From the NCBI GenBank assembly GCA_964536955.1, contig CAZHZI010000002.1:11050-75049 (forward strand): a stretch of DNA of 64,000 nt, written 5' to 3'. Every line of letters starts with the position of its first letter. The stretch's first letter is position 1. Positions 18,941 to 26,398 of the stretch are shown piece by piece. The notes beneath the pieces are model-generated. The model had not been told where the DNA came from, did no database searches, and was given only the letters and a program-made list of their open reading frames with translations. The position numbers and the translations under genes were made by a program. The stretch is from an uncultured Conexibacteraceae bacterium (GTDB lineage: Bacteria; Actinomycetota; Thermoleophilia; Solirubrobacterales; 70-9).

Positions 18941-19753
18941 ATGCCGACGATGCCATCGACAGGATCAACGACTTTCGCGCAACGAGTGCATGCCCCCTTA
19001 CGCAGGACGTTGGAAAAGACTAAGTGGGGAAGTTCCCGCCTCGAGGCCAGGCGGAAACAGCAAGCGATTCACTTTTATAGCGAATTCCTTGAGGAGGATT
19101 TCCTCTGTTTCGATATCGGTGCAAATGTTGGAGATCGAACGGAACTATTCCGCGCAATCGGGGCGCGCACAATTGCAGTGGAGCCCCAGAAAGCATGCGT
19201 ACGAGAGTTGCAGAAAAGATTCGAGGGGGATCCAAAGGTAACAATCGCCCCAGTGGCGGTTGGCAGCAGACCAGGGACAGCAGAGATCGCGATCTGTGAC
19301 AACGACCCAACTATCTCCACGATGTCAAAGACTTGGCAGACCGACGGTCGCTTTGCGGACCGCGAATGGTCCAGAAGCGAATCGGTGCCCGTAACAACCT
19401 TAGATCGCCTTATAGCCGAGCATGGCATTCCGAGCTTTTGCAAGATCGATGTTGAGGGCTTTGAGCGACAGGTGCTAGAGGGGCTTTCCTCTCCTCTGCC
19501 CTGCGTGTCATTCGAGTTCACGCAAGAATTTCAGGATGAGGCTAGGTCCTGTCTGGAGCTACTGGAAGCCATCGGGCCAATTGAGGCAAACATCTCAATT
19601 GGGGAGTCCATGCGATTGCTGGGTGAATGGATCCAGCCAGGTCAGGTCTTTAAGGCTATCGATGCGCTGCCTCGCCAGTCGAATTGGGGCGATGTCTATG
19701 TGCGCTCGTTGGGGCCCCTCATCCTGAGCACATCAGGTCGGCGCACATCGTGA
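18941..19753 (+). CDS. FkbM-family methyltransferase (visibly AT-richer gene)
   Basis: Start MPTMPSTG, 1 nt after the upstream stop. Also FLCFDIGANVGDRTELF, AVGSRPGTAEIAICD, TTLDRLIAEHGIPSFCKIDVEGFERQVLEGL. Confidence 0.8.
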   Translation: MPTMPSTGSTTFAQRVHAPLRRTLEKTKWGSSRLEARRKQQAIHFYSEFLEEDFLCFDIGANVGDRTELFRAIGARTIAVEPQKACVRELQKRFEGDPKVTIAPVAVGSRPGTAEIAICDNDPTISTMSKTWQTDGRFADREWSRSESVPVTTLDRLIAEHGIPSFCKIDVEGFERQVLEGLSSPLPCVSFEFTQEFQDEARSCLELLEAIGPIEANISIGESMRLLGEWIQPGQVFKAIDALPRQSNWGDVYVRSLGPLILSTSGRRTS

Positions 19754-19813
19754 CTTCGGCTTACGGTGACTGCCACTGCAGACTTCGTTCTCTTTTCTCG
19801 ATTTGTGCCTAAG

Positions 19814-20824
19814 ATGTCGCCGATGCCCCCGCCAGGCTCAGGAAAACCGGTGCTCATCACCGGCGGCGGCGGATTCATCGGCGGTCATCTCGTCGGTGAG
19901 CTGCTGCGACAAGGACACGAGGTGCGGTCGGTCGACTGCAAGCCGCTCGAGGAATGGCATCAGCTCTTCGAGGCGGCCGACAATCGCGTTCTCGACGTCT
20001 CCCTGCTGGAGCATGCGCGCGCAGCCGTCGATGGCGCGAATTGGGTCTACAACCTCGCCGCCGACATGGGCGGCATGGGCTTCATCGAAGGCAACAAAGC
20101 GCTTTGCATGCTTTCGGTCCTGCCCTCCACTCACGTCCTGATGGCCGCCCGCGACGCGGGCGTGGAACGCTTCTTCTACTCCTCCTCCGCCTGCGTCTAC
20201 GCCGCCGAGAAGCAGGAAACGCCTGAGGTTCCCGCGCTGAAGGAGTCCGACGCCTACCCGGCAATGCCGGAGGACGGCTATGGCTGGGAGAAGCTCTTCG
20301 GCGAGCGGATGTGCCGCCACTTCATGGAGGACTTCGGCCTGGAAACCCGAGTCGCGCGCTACCACAACGTCTACGGGCCCGAGGGAACCTGGACGGGCGG
20401 CCGCGAAAAGGCGCCGGCGGCGATCTGTCGCAAGGTCGCGGAGGCCGCGCTGAGCGGATCCACCGAGATCGAGATCTGGGGGGACGGTCAGCAGACCCGC
20501 AGCTTTATGTACATCGACGACTGCGTGGAGGGAACACTGAGGATCAGCGAAGGTCCCCGCGTGGAGCCGATCAACCTCGGCTCCTCGGAGCTGGTCACGA
20601 TCGACGGCCTGGTCGACATCGTTGAGGAGATCGCGGGCGTCGAGCTGGAGCGCCGCTACAAACTGGACGCGCCTCAAGGAGTGCGGGGACGGAACTCCGA
20701 CAACACCTTGATCCGGACAACCTATGGATGGGAGCCATCGATCGGCCTTCGTGAGGGACTCGAGGAGACCTACTCGTGGATCTTCGCCGAAGTCAAGCGG
20801 GAACTCGCCACTTCGGGGGCTTGA
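19814..20824 (+). CDS. gme: GDP-mannose 3,5-epimerase (plant GME-type SDR)
   Basis: Strings matching plant GME as I recall it: VLITGGGGFIG, NLAADMGGMGFI, RFFYSSSACVY, LKESDAYPA, GTWTGGREKAPAAICRK, IWGDGQQTRSF, GVRGRNSDN. The start is uncertain (ATG 19814 or GTG 19766). Confidence 0.8.
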   Translation: MSPMPPPGSGKPVLITGGGGFIGGHLVGELLRQGHEVRSVDCKPLEEWHQLFEAADNRVLDVSLLEHARAAVDGANWVYNLAADMGGMGFIEGNKALCMLSVLPSTHVLMAARDAGVERFFYSSSACVYAAEKQETPEVPALKESDAYPAMPEDGYGWEKLFGERMCRHFMEDFGLETRVARYHNVYGPEGTWTGGREKAPAAICRKVAEAALSGSTEIEIWGDGQQTRSFMYIDDCVEGTLRISEGPRVEPINLGSSELVTIDGLVDIVEEIAGVELERRYKLDAPQGVRGRNSDNTLIRTTYGWEPSIGLREGLEETYSWIFAEVKRELATSGA

Positions 20825-20836
20825 GAGAGAGCTGGC

Positions 20837-20843
20837 GAGGAGG
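20837..20843 (+). promoter_or_regulatory. Shine-Dalgarno (GAGGAGG) 6 nt upstream of the GTG start at 20850
   Basis: Sequence ggcGAGGAGGtcggcgGTG. It supports the trimmed start, which yields a signal peptide (VYLRRLTAISLTLWAMGAASASAIA). Confidence 0.5.
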
Positions 20844-20849
20844 TCGGCG

Positions 20850-22373
20850 GTGTATCTCCGAAGGCTTACCGCAATCTCGTTGACGCTCTGGGCGATGGGA
20901 GCGGCTAGCGCCTCGGCGATCGCCCTGCATCCGATCGGATCCTTCGACCAGCCGGTATTCATAACTTCGGATCAGGGGAATCCAGAGCGGCTCTTCGTGG
21001 TGGAACGGGAGGGAGCCATCAGGCTCGTCGAGGATGGAAGCGTCAGCACGTTTGCAGACCTCAGTCCCGTCGTCCGATGCTGCGACGGCGAGCGGGGGCT
21101 GTTATCGATGGCAACCGCTCCGGACTTCGCCACGACCGGAAGGTTCTACGTCGATTACACCGACAACGACGGCAACATCCGCGTCGACGAGCTAACCGCG
21201 ACCGGCGACGTGGCCGATCCGCTCAGCCGCCGGTCGGTATTGAATATCCCCCACCTCGAATCCGCAAGTCACAACGGCGGCCAGCTCCAGTTCGGGCCGG
21301 ATGGCTACCTCTACATCTCAACCGGCGATGGAGGAGGCTCGAACGGAGAGTTCCACCACGCCCAGAATCTCAACAGCCCCCTGGGGAAGATCCTGCGGAT
21401 CGATCCCGATCAGAGCGGGCTGGATCCGTACTCGGTGCCGCCTGACAACCCGTTTGTCGGGGGATCGACCCAGGACGACGCCATTTGGAGCCTCGGCCTG
21501 CGCAATCCCTTCCGCTTCTCCTTCGATCGCCTTACCGGGGGGATGGCGATCGGGGACGTCGGCCAGGACGCGCGGGAAGAGATCGACTGGGCGCCGAGCG
21601 TCGCGCCTGGTACCGCCGGAGGCGGCGGCGCCAACTACGGCTGGAACTGCCGCGAGGGTTTGCTCGCCGGCCCGGGAACCGACCCGGAGTGCTCGACGCT
21701 GGCGCTGAGCCACTTCACCGACCCGGTCTTCGAGTATCCGCACGAGCCCGTCGGCCGCGGAGCCTTCGGCTGCTCGATCATCGGGGGCTACGTCGTGCGG
21801 GATCCCGACCTTGGCTCTCTCAACGGCCGCTACGTCTATACGGATTTCTGCACCGGCGACATCCGCTCGCTCCAGCTTCCCGCGACATCAGGCCAGCCGG
21901 CCGTCGGCGACTGCTCCCTGGGAGTACACGTCGACAAACCGACGTCGTTCGGCGAAGACTCCGCGGGACGGCTTTACGTCGCCTCTGCCTCGGGTGGGGT
22001 CTATCGCCTGGGCGGCCTGCCCTCCGCCGGCTGCCCACCTCCTTCGCCCAGGGAGCCGTCCGGCCTCCGACCCCTGCCGAACGTCGGCATCAAAGCCGAG
22101 CGGCGCAGGGTCAAGCGCGGGAAACCGGCGCTGATCGTCGCCTGGATTTCCCCTTGCGAGGGACATAAAGGCCAACAGATTCGCCTTCTGCGAGGGGGTC
22201 GGTCGAATGGGTCGAGATTCCTCAGCCGCGCCTGCACCGCCCGCTTCCACCCGCGGGTTCGTCGTCGCACCGTCTTCAGGGCGACACTCCTCCCCGAGGG
22301 TGAAAGCTCGGATTTCCTATTCGCGGAGTCGCGTCGCCTCACGATCAAGATCGACCACCGTCGGCGACGCTAG
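20850..22373 (+). CDS. Secreted SGDH-like (glucose/sorbosone dehydrogenase family) beta-propeller protein
   Basis: Signal peptide, then FVVEREGAIRLV, HNGGQLQFGPDGYLYISTGDGG, LGKILRIDP, WSLGLRNPFRFSFD, GANYGWN. Basic C-terminal beta-rich tail. Confidence 0.7.
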   Translation: MYLRRLTAISLTLWAMGAASASAIALHPIGSFDQPVFITSDQGNPERLFVVEREGAIRLVEDGSVSTFADLSPVVRCCDGERGLLSMATAPDFATTGRFYVDYTDNDGNIRVDELTATGDVADPLSRRSVLNIPHLESASHNGGQLQFGPDGYLYISTGDGGGSNGEFHHAQNLNSPLGKILRIDPDQSGLDPYSVPPDNPFVGGSTQDDAIWSLGLRNPFRFSFDRLTGGMAIGDVGQDAREEIDWAPSVAPGTAGGGGANYGWNCREGLLAGPGTDPECSTLALSHFTDPVFEYPHEPVGRGAFGCSIIGGYVVRDPDLGSLNGRYVYTDFCTGDIRSLQLPATSGQPAVGDCSLGVHVDKPTSFGEDSAGRLYVASASGGVYRLGGLPSAGCPPPSPREPSGLRPLPNVGIKAERRRVKRGKPALIVAWISPCEGHKGQQIRLLRGGRSNGSRFLSRACTARFHPRVRRRTVFRATLLPEGESSDFLFAESRRLTIKIDHRRRR

Positions 22374-22375
22374 GC

Positions 22376-23041
22376 ATGGAGCCGGCGACAAGCTGGAGAA
22401 CGGAGGAGCACCGGCTCCCGGCGCCGGCTCGCGAGGTGCATGTCTGGCGTTCGGAGCTCGAATGCGAGGAGTGGCCCGCCGCCGATGGTTTGCCGGTCGA
22501 CGAGCGCCGGCGCGCGGCGCGACTGATGATCCCCGACGCCCGCCGGCGTTGGGTCGCGGCACGCTGGATGCTGCGCGGAGTGCTGGGCCGTTACCTGGAG
22601 ACGGATCCGGCGAGAGTCCAACTGCGGCTCGGCGACCGCGGCAAGCCGGCACTCGCCGAGCCCTCCGCCCCACTGCGCTTCAGCCTCAGTCATTCCGGCG
22701 ACCTCGGCCTGATCGCGGTAGCGCAAGAGCGGGAGGTCGGCATCGACGTCGAGTGGATCGATCCCGTCCGCGACGTAGTCAAGCTCGCCCCCCGGGCCCT
22801 CGATCCGATCGACGCGGCTGCCGTCCGCGCCGCCTCTCCCGACGACCGATCGGTCATTTTCCACCAGGCTTGGACTCGCCGAGAGGCCGTTGCCAAGTGC
22901 CTGGGGGGCGGCCTCACAGCGCCACTCCCGCCAGACCCGGTCGCCGTATCGGATCTCGACCCGGGACCAGCCTTTGCAGCGGCCATCGCAGTCGCCGGCG
23001 GCGACGTCCCGCCCCTACGGCTGTTCAGTACAGGGCCTTAA
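22376..23041 (+). CDS. 4'-phosphopantetheinyl transferase (Sfp/EntD type)
   Basis: VHVWRSEL..., FSLSHSGDLGLIAVAQEREVGIDVE, FHQAWTRREAVAKCLGGGL: the two-lobed Sfp-type pattern (G-x-D-x-E and W-x-x-K-E-A-x-x-K). Confidence 0.8.
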   Translation: MEPATSWRTEEHRLPAPAREVHVWRSELECEEWPAADGLPVDERRRAARLMIPDARRRWVAARWMLRGVLGRYLETDPARVQLRLGDRGKPALAEPSAPLRFSLSHSGDLGLIAVAQEREVGIDVEWIDPVRDVVKLAPRALDPIDAAAVRAASPDDRSVIFHQAWTRREAVAKCLGGGLTAPLPPDPVAVSDLDPGPAFAAAIAVAGGDVPPLRLFSTGP

Positions 23042-24141
23042 GGCCGTGCGCGGCCGCCGGTCAGATCGACGAAGGTGTGCCAGGCGGGCTTTGGCTTGAA
23101 GCGGGGGCCCTGGCGGAAGAGGCCAACCGAGTCGCAGAAGTTGCAGGAGCCTGGGACGTCCTTCCAGGAGAACCAATAGGTGGCCTTGAGGTTGAGGCGC
23201 CGGCGGTTCGCGATCAGGTAGCGGTAGGAATCGCGCAACTGGCGGGCCTGGCCGGCACGGCCCTGCTCGAAGGCGACCTGCCTGAAGTTATTTTGGGAAC
23301 CCCAACCCAACTCGGTGAGGTAGAGGCCGGCCCCGGGGTCCCGGTTCTCGCGGATGACCGTGCGCATTCCCTCGGTCAACTCCTCCAGTGTGTCGGCATC
23401 AACCGCATAGGGGTGCAGAGCGACCCCGTCGAACTTGGATTTGATCCCCGGCACCCGGTACAACTCATCGAGGAAGTCGGCCGCAGCCATCCCCCGCCTC
23501 CCGCGCTCATCGGGGTCGCCGAAGAGGCCAGAGAGGACGACCTTGCCCCCGGGATCGGCGCTCTTGATCGCCCCGTAGGAGAGCTTCAGCAAACGCGCGT
23601 AGCGGGTCGGGGAGACCGGGAAGGCGAAGTAGAAGAAGTTCGCCTCGTTCCAGATCTGCCAGGTGCGGATTGGAGACGGGCTCGGGATCGCCGGTTCGTA
23701 CTTGACCACACCAGGCGCATGCTCCGCCCAGAACTCACCGCCTGGCCCGTAGCGTTCCACCGCTGCCTTGACGAAGGCCACCCAGGCCTGCCGTGCCCGG
23801 CCGCTGTCGATCGGCATAGCGGTCGGCTTGCCGGCGAGCCAGCGAGGGGTCCCGTAGAGGAACGGGAGGACACGCAGCCCCCCACGCGCGGCGGCCCCCA
23901 CCGCCTGGTCGACGCCGCTCCAGTTGTAGCCGCCCTTCGCAGTCGGCTGCACCACCTCCCACGGCACCGCCAACCGGATGCTGCCGATCCGACCGGCCCT
24001 CATGTACTCGATGTCGGTGTCGGTCAGGGTCGTCTGCGGCGCGACGCCGAAGAAGTCCGGCGGAAGCGCCTGGGCTCCGGCCGGAGCGGCCAGCGCGCCC
24101 ACGAGGGCGAGGAGAGCGAGTGCGGTCTTGGGAGTTCTCAT
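23038..24141 (-). CDS. Secreted clan GH-A glycoside hydrolase (PslG/GH39/GH5-like TIM barrel)
   Basis: Start MRTPKTALALLALVGALAAPAGAQA (signal peptide). Candidate acid/base in IWNEANFFYF and candidate nucleophile in LYLTELGWG. The family assignment is approximate. Confidence 0.65.
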   Translation of the reverse strand: MRTPKTALALLALVGALAAPAGAQALPPDFFGVAPQTTLTDTDIEYMRAGRIGSIRLAVPWEVVQPTAKGGYNWSGVDQAVGAAARGGLRVLPFLYGTPRWLAGKPTAMPIDSGRARQAWVAFVKAAVERYGPGGEFWAEHAPGVVKYEPAIPSPSPIRTWQIWNEANFFYFAFPVSPTRYARLLKLSYGAIKSADPGGKVVLSGLFGDPDERGRRGMAAADFLDELYRVPGIKSKFDGVALHPYAVDADTLEELTEGMRTVIRENRDPGAGLYLTELGWGSQNNFRQVAFEQGRAGQARQLRDSYRYLIANRRRLNLKATYWFSWKDVPGSCNFCDSVGLFRQGPRFKPKPAWHTFVDLTGGRARP

Positions 24142-24220
24142 TCGGTGCGGCAAGGCACGGACGTGCGGGTCACTTCCTAACACGCCGCGAGCGCTGCGGT
24201 AGCGCCGGGAAGTTAACGGC

Positions 24221-24688
24221 TCAGTAGGTCCCGCCCAACTTGCGGTGATCCCAGCTGGCGACGCTCACCGGCTTGAAGTGGATCGCGACCCGCTTCGGCG
24301 CCTGTGCCTCCAGCGCCGCCTTGGCGTCCCCGTCGACCGAGGAAATCCCCTCTGCGTAGCGCAGCGTCAACTCCTCGGCGAACCCGATCACGGTCTCGAA
24401 GTCCCGATGGACCTCCGCCCTGGCTTCGATCATCGCGCCGCGCAGCTCGCCGTACTCGTGACCGGTCTCGATCAGGACCGTGGCCCGCTGGTCGCGCTCC
24501 AGGTTGCGCACCTTCTGGGACTTCGCGTACGTCCAGATCCAGACGTCACCTTCACGCGGGACGAACCACATCGGCATCGAGTGCGGCCAGCCGCGGGGGC
24601 CGAGGCTGCTCACCACGGCGATCCGCTCGGAATCGAGCAGCTCCAGCAGCTCGCCCTCGTTCAGCTTGATCCGGTCTCTGCGGCTCAT
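24221..24688 (-). CDS. Pyridoxamine 5'-phosphate oxidase-family / probable F420-dependent split-barrel enzyme
   Basis: 155 aa. IAVVSSLGPRGWPHSMPMWFVPREGDVWIWTYAKSQKVRNLERDQRATVLIE is typical of PPOX-class split beta-barrel proteins. Confidence 0.7.
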   Translation of the reverse strand: MSRRDRIKLNEGELLELLDSERIAVVSSLGPRGWPHSMPMWFVPREGDVWIWTYAKSQKVRNLERDQRATVLIETGHEYGELRGAMIEARAEVHRDFETVIGFAEELTLRYAEGISSVDGDAKAALEAQAPKRVAIHFKPVSVASWDHRKLGGTY

Positions 24689-24719
24689 CGCTCGCCGGAA
24701 CTCTAAGCCGTGACCGCCC

Positions 24720-25670
24720 TCAGGCGGCTACCGCACGAAAGGAACGACGGTAGGCGGTCGGGGTGGTGGTGGTGACGCGCCGGAAGTGCTCCCGCAGGGA
24801 AGCGGCGGTTCCGAAGCCGACCCGCCAGGCGACATCGTCGATCGAGCGGTCGGTTTCCTCGAGCAGCCGCTGGGCCTCCAGCACCCGCCGGGTGAGCAGC
24901 CACTGCAGCGGCGTCGTCCCGGTTTCCTCGCGGAAGCGCCGAGCGAAGGTGCGCGGGCTGACCCCCGCATGGCGAGACATCGCAGCGACGTCCAGTGGCT
25001 CCCCCAGCCTCTCTGCGGCCCAGCGCCGCGTGTCCTCCAGCGAACCCTCGCCTCCAGCCGGCGTTCGCTCGATGAACTGGGCCTGGCCACCCTCCCGGTG
25101 GGGCGGGGCGACCATGTGGCGGGCGACGCGCTCGCCGGCGGCGACGCCGAAATCCCGGCGAATGACGTGGAGGCTGAGGTCGATTCCGGCGCTGAGCCCG
25201 GCCGAGGTCAGCACGTCTCGCTCGTCCACGTAGAGCGCGGCGGGGTCGACGTCGACCGCCGGGAAGCGAATGGCCAGCTCCTCCGCGAGCGCCCAGTGAG
25301 TGGTCGCCCGGCGCCCGTCAAGCAGTCCGGCATAGGCGAGGGCGAAGGCGCCCGTGCAGACGGAGAGCACTCGGGCCCCGCGACCCGCCGCACGGCGCAA
25401 CGCGACGATCGCATCCTCCGGAGGTGGAGTGAGCACGGCCGCATAGCCCGGCACAACGATCGTGTCTGCAAGCGACAGCGCGTTCAGCCCGCGCTGTGCC
25501 GTCACCGCGAATCCGGTGGTGGTATGCACCTTCGCCCCGCCCGGCGAGCACGTAGAGAACTCATAGAGCGGAGCGCCATCGGCCTGCGCCGCCAGCGTGA
25601 AGGCCTGCGCCGGCGCGGCCAGATCGAAGGCGACGAGGCCATCGAGGCAGAGCGCGGCTACCCGGTGCAT
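24720..25670 (-). CDS. GlxA-family transcriptional regulator (DJ-1/PfpI-like N-domain plus AraC HTH)
   Basis: N-terminal amidotransferase-like domain (RVLSVCTGAFALAYAGLLDGRRATTHW). C-terminal AraC HTH (SPRTFARRFREETGTTPLQWLLTRRVLEAQRLLEETDRSIDDVAWRVGFGTAASLREHFRR). Confidence 0.85.
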   Translation of the reverse strand: MHRVAALCLDGLVAFDLAAPAQAFTLAAQADGAPLYEFSTCSPGGAKVHTTTGFAVTAQRGLNALSLADTIVVPGYAAVLTPPPEDAIVALRRAAGRGARVLSVCTGAFALAYAGLLDGRRATTHWALAEELAIRFPAVDVDPAALYVDERDVLTSAGLSAGIDLSLHVIRRDFGVAAGERVARHMVAPPHREGGQAQFIERTPAGGEGSLEDTRRWAAERLGEPLDVAAMSRHAGVSPRTFARRFREETGTTPLQWLLTRRVLEAQRLLEETDRSIDDVAWRVGFGTAASLREHFRRVTTTTPTAYRRSFRAVAA

Positions 25671-25740
25671 GGCAGAAATCTAGCGAACATTGGCAATCCT
25701 GCCACTGGTATCGAGGCTGGGCGGCCGGGATGATCGACTC
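25671..25740. promoter_or_regulatory. Divergent intergenic region between the GlxA-type regulator and the DJ-1/PfpI gene (probable shared operator/promoters)
   Basis: 70-bp gap. It contains the dyad GGCAatccTGCC (about 25701..25712). The regulator-target arrangement is typical for GlxA/DJ-1 pairs. No promoter hexamers could be assigned confidently. Confidence 0.3.
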
Positions 25741-26391
25741 ATGGAAATCGCGATCCTCATCTTCGACAAGCTCACCGCCCTCGACGCAATCGGCCCCTAC
25801 GAGGTGCTCCGCTCGGTGCCCGGCTGGGAGGTGAAGTTCGTCGCCTCCGCCAAGGGCGAGGTGCGCACCGACAGCGGGGCGCTGGGGATCGGCGCCGACT
25901 ACACCCTCGACGAAGTGACCGATCCGGAGGTCGTCCTAGTGCCGGGTGGCGAAGGCAGCCGGCACGTGATGGAGGACGAAGCGGTCCTCTCCTGGCTGCG
26001 CTCGGTCGACGAGAGCGCCAAGTGGACGACCTCGGTTTGCACCGGGTCGCTCGTTCTCGGCGCCGCCGGCCTGCTGAAGGGCAAACGGGCAACGTCGCAC
26101 TGGCTCTTCCTCGACCAGCTGCGCGACTTCGGAGCCGACCCCGTCGGCGGGCGTTTCGTTGAAGACGGCAAGACGATCACCGCCGCCGGCGTCTCCGCGG
26201 GGATCGACATGGCGCTGCACCTGGTCGGCCGCGAGGCCGGGCCGGAGGTTGCTCAGGCCGTCCAGCTTGCCATCGAGTACGACCCCCAGCCACCCTTCAA
26301 CGCCGGATCCCCCGCCAAAGCCCCCACCCCAATTGTCGAGGCGGTCACGGCTTTCTCCGCCTCGACCGACGAGTGGCTCGGCGGCAGGTGA
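25741..26391 (+). CDS. DJ-1/PfpI-family protein
   Basis: Start MEIAILIFDKLTALDAIGPYEVL. Nucleophile-elbow: TSVCTGSLVLGAAGLLKGKRATSHW. Also TAAGVSAGIDMALHLV. Confidence 0.85.
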   Translation: MEIAILIFDKLTALDAIGPYEVLRSVPGWEVKFVASAKGEVRTDSGALGIGADYTLDEVTDPEVVLVPGGEGSRHVMEDEAVLSWLRSVDESAKWTTSVCTGSLVLGAAGLLKGKRATSHWLFLDQLRDFGADPVGGRFVEDGKTITAAGVSAGIDMALHLVGREAGPEVAQAVQLAIEYDPQPPFNAGSPAKAPTPIVEAVTAFSASTDEWLGGR

Positions 26392-26398
26392 CCGCCCG

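Noticed and set aside
18187-19753. AT-richer segments as mobile genetic elements
   Set aside because: No integrase, transposase, tRNA attachment site or flanking direct/inverted repeats were found. They are reported only as compositional anomalies.
22207-24180. 657-aa plus-strand ORF, the longest unexplained ORF in the track
   Set aside because: It lies antisense to the well-supported secreted GH-A gene (23038..24141) and overlaps the PPTase gene in another frame. Its product is Arg/Pro/Gly/Ala-rich low-complexity sequence with no motif. This is a typical shadow ORF of high-GC DNA.
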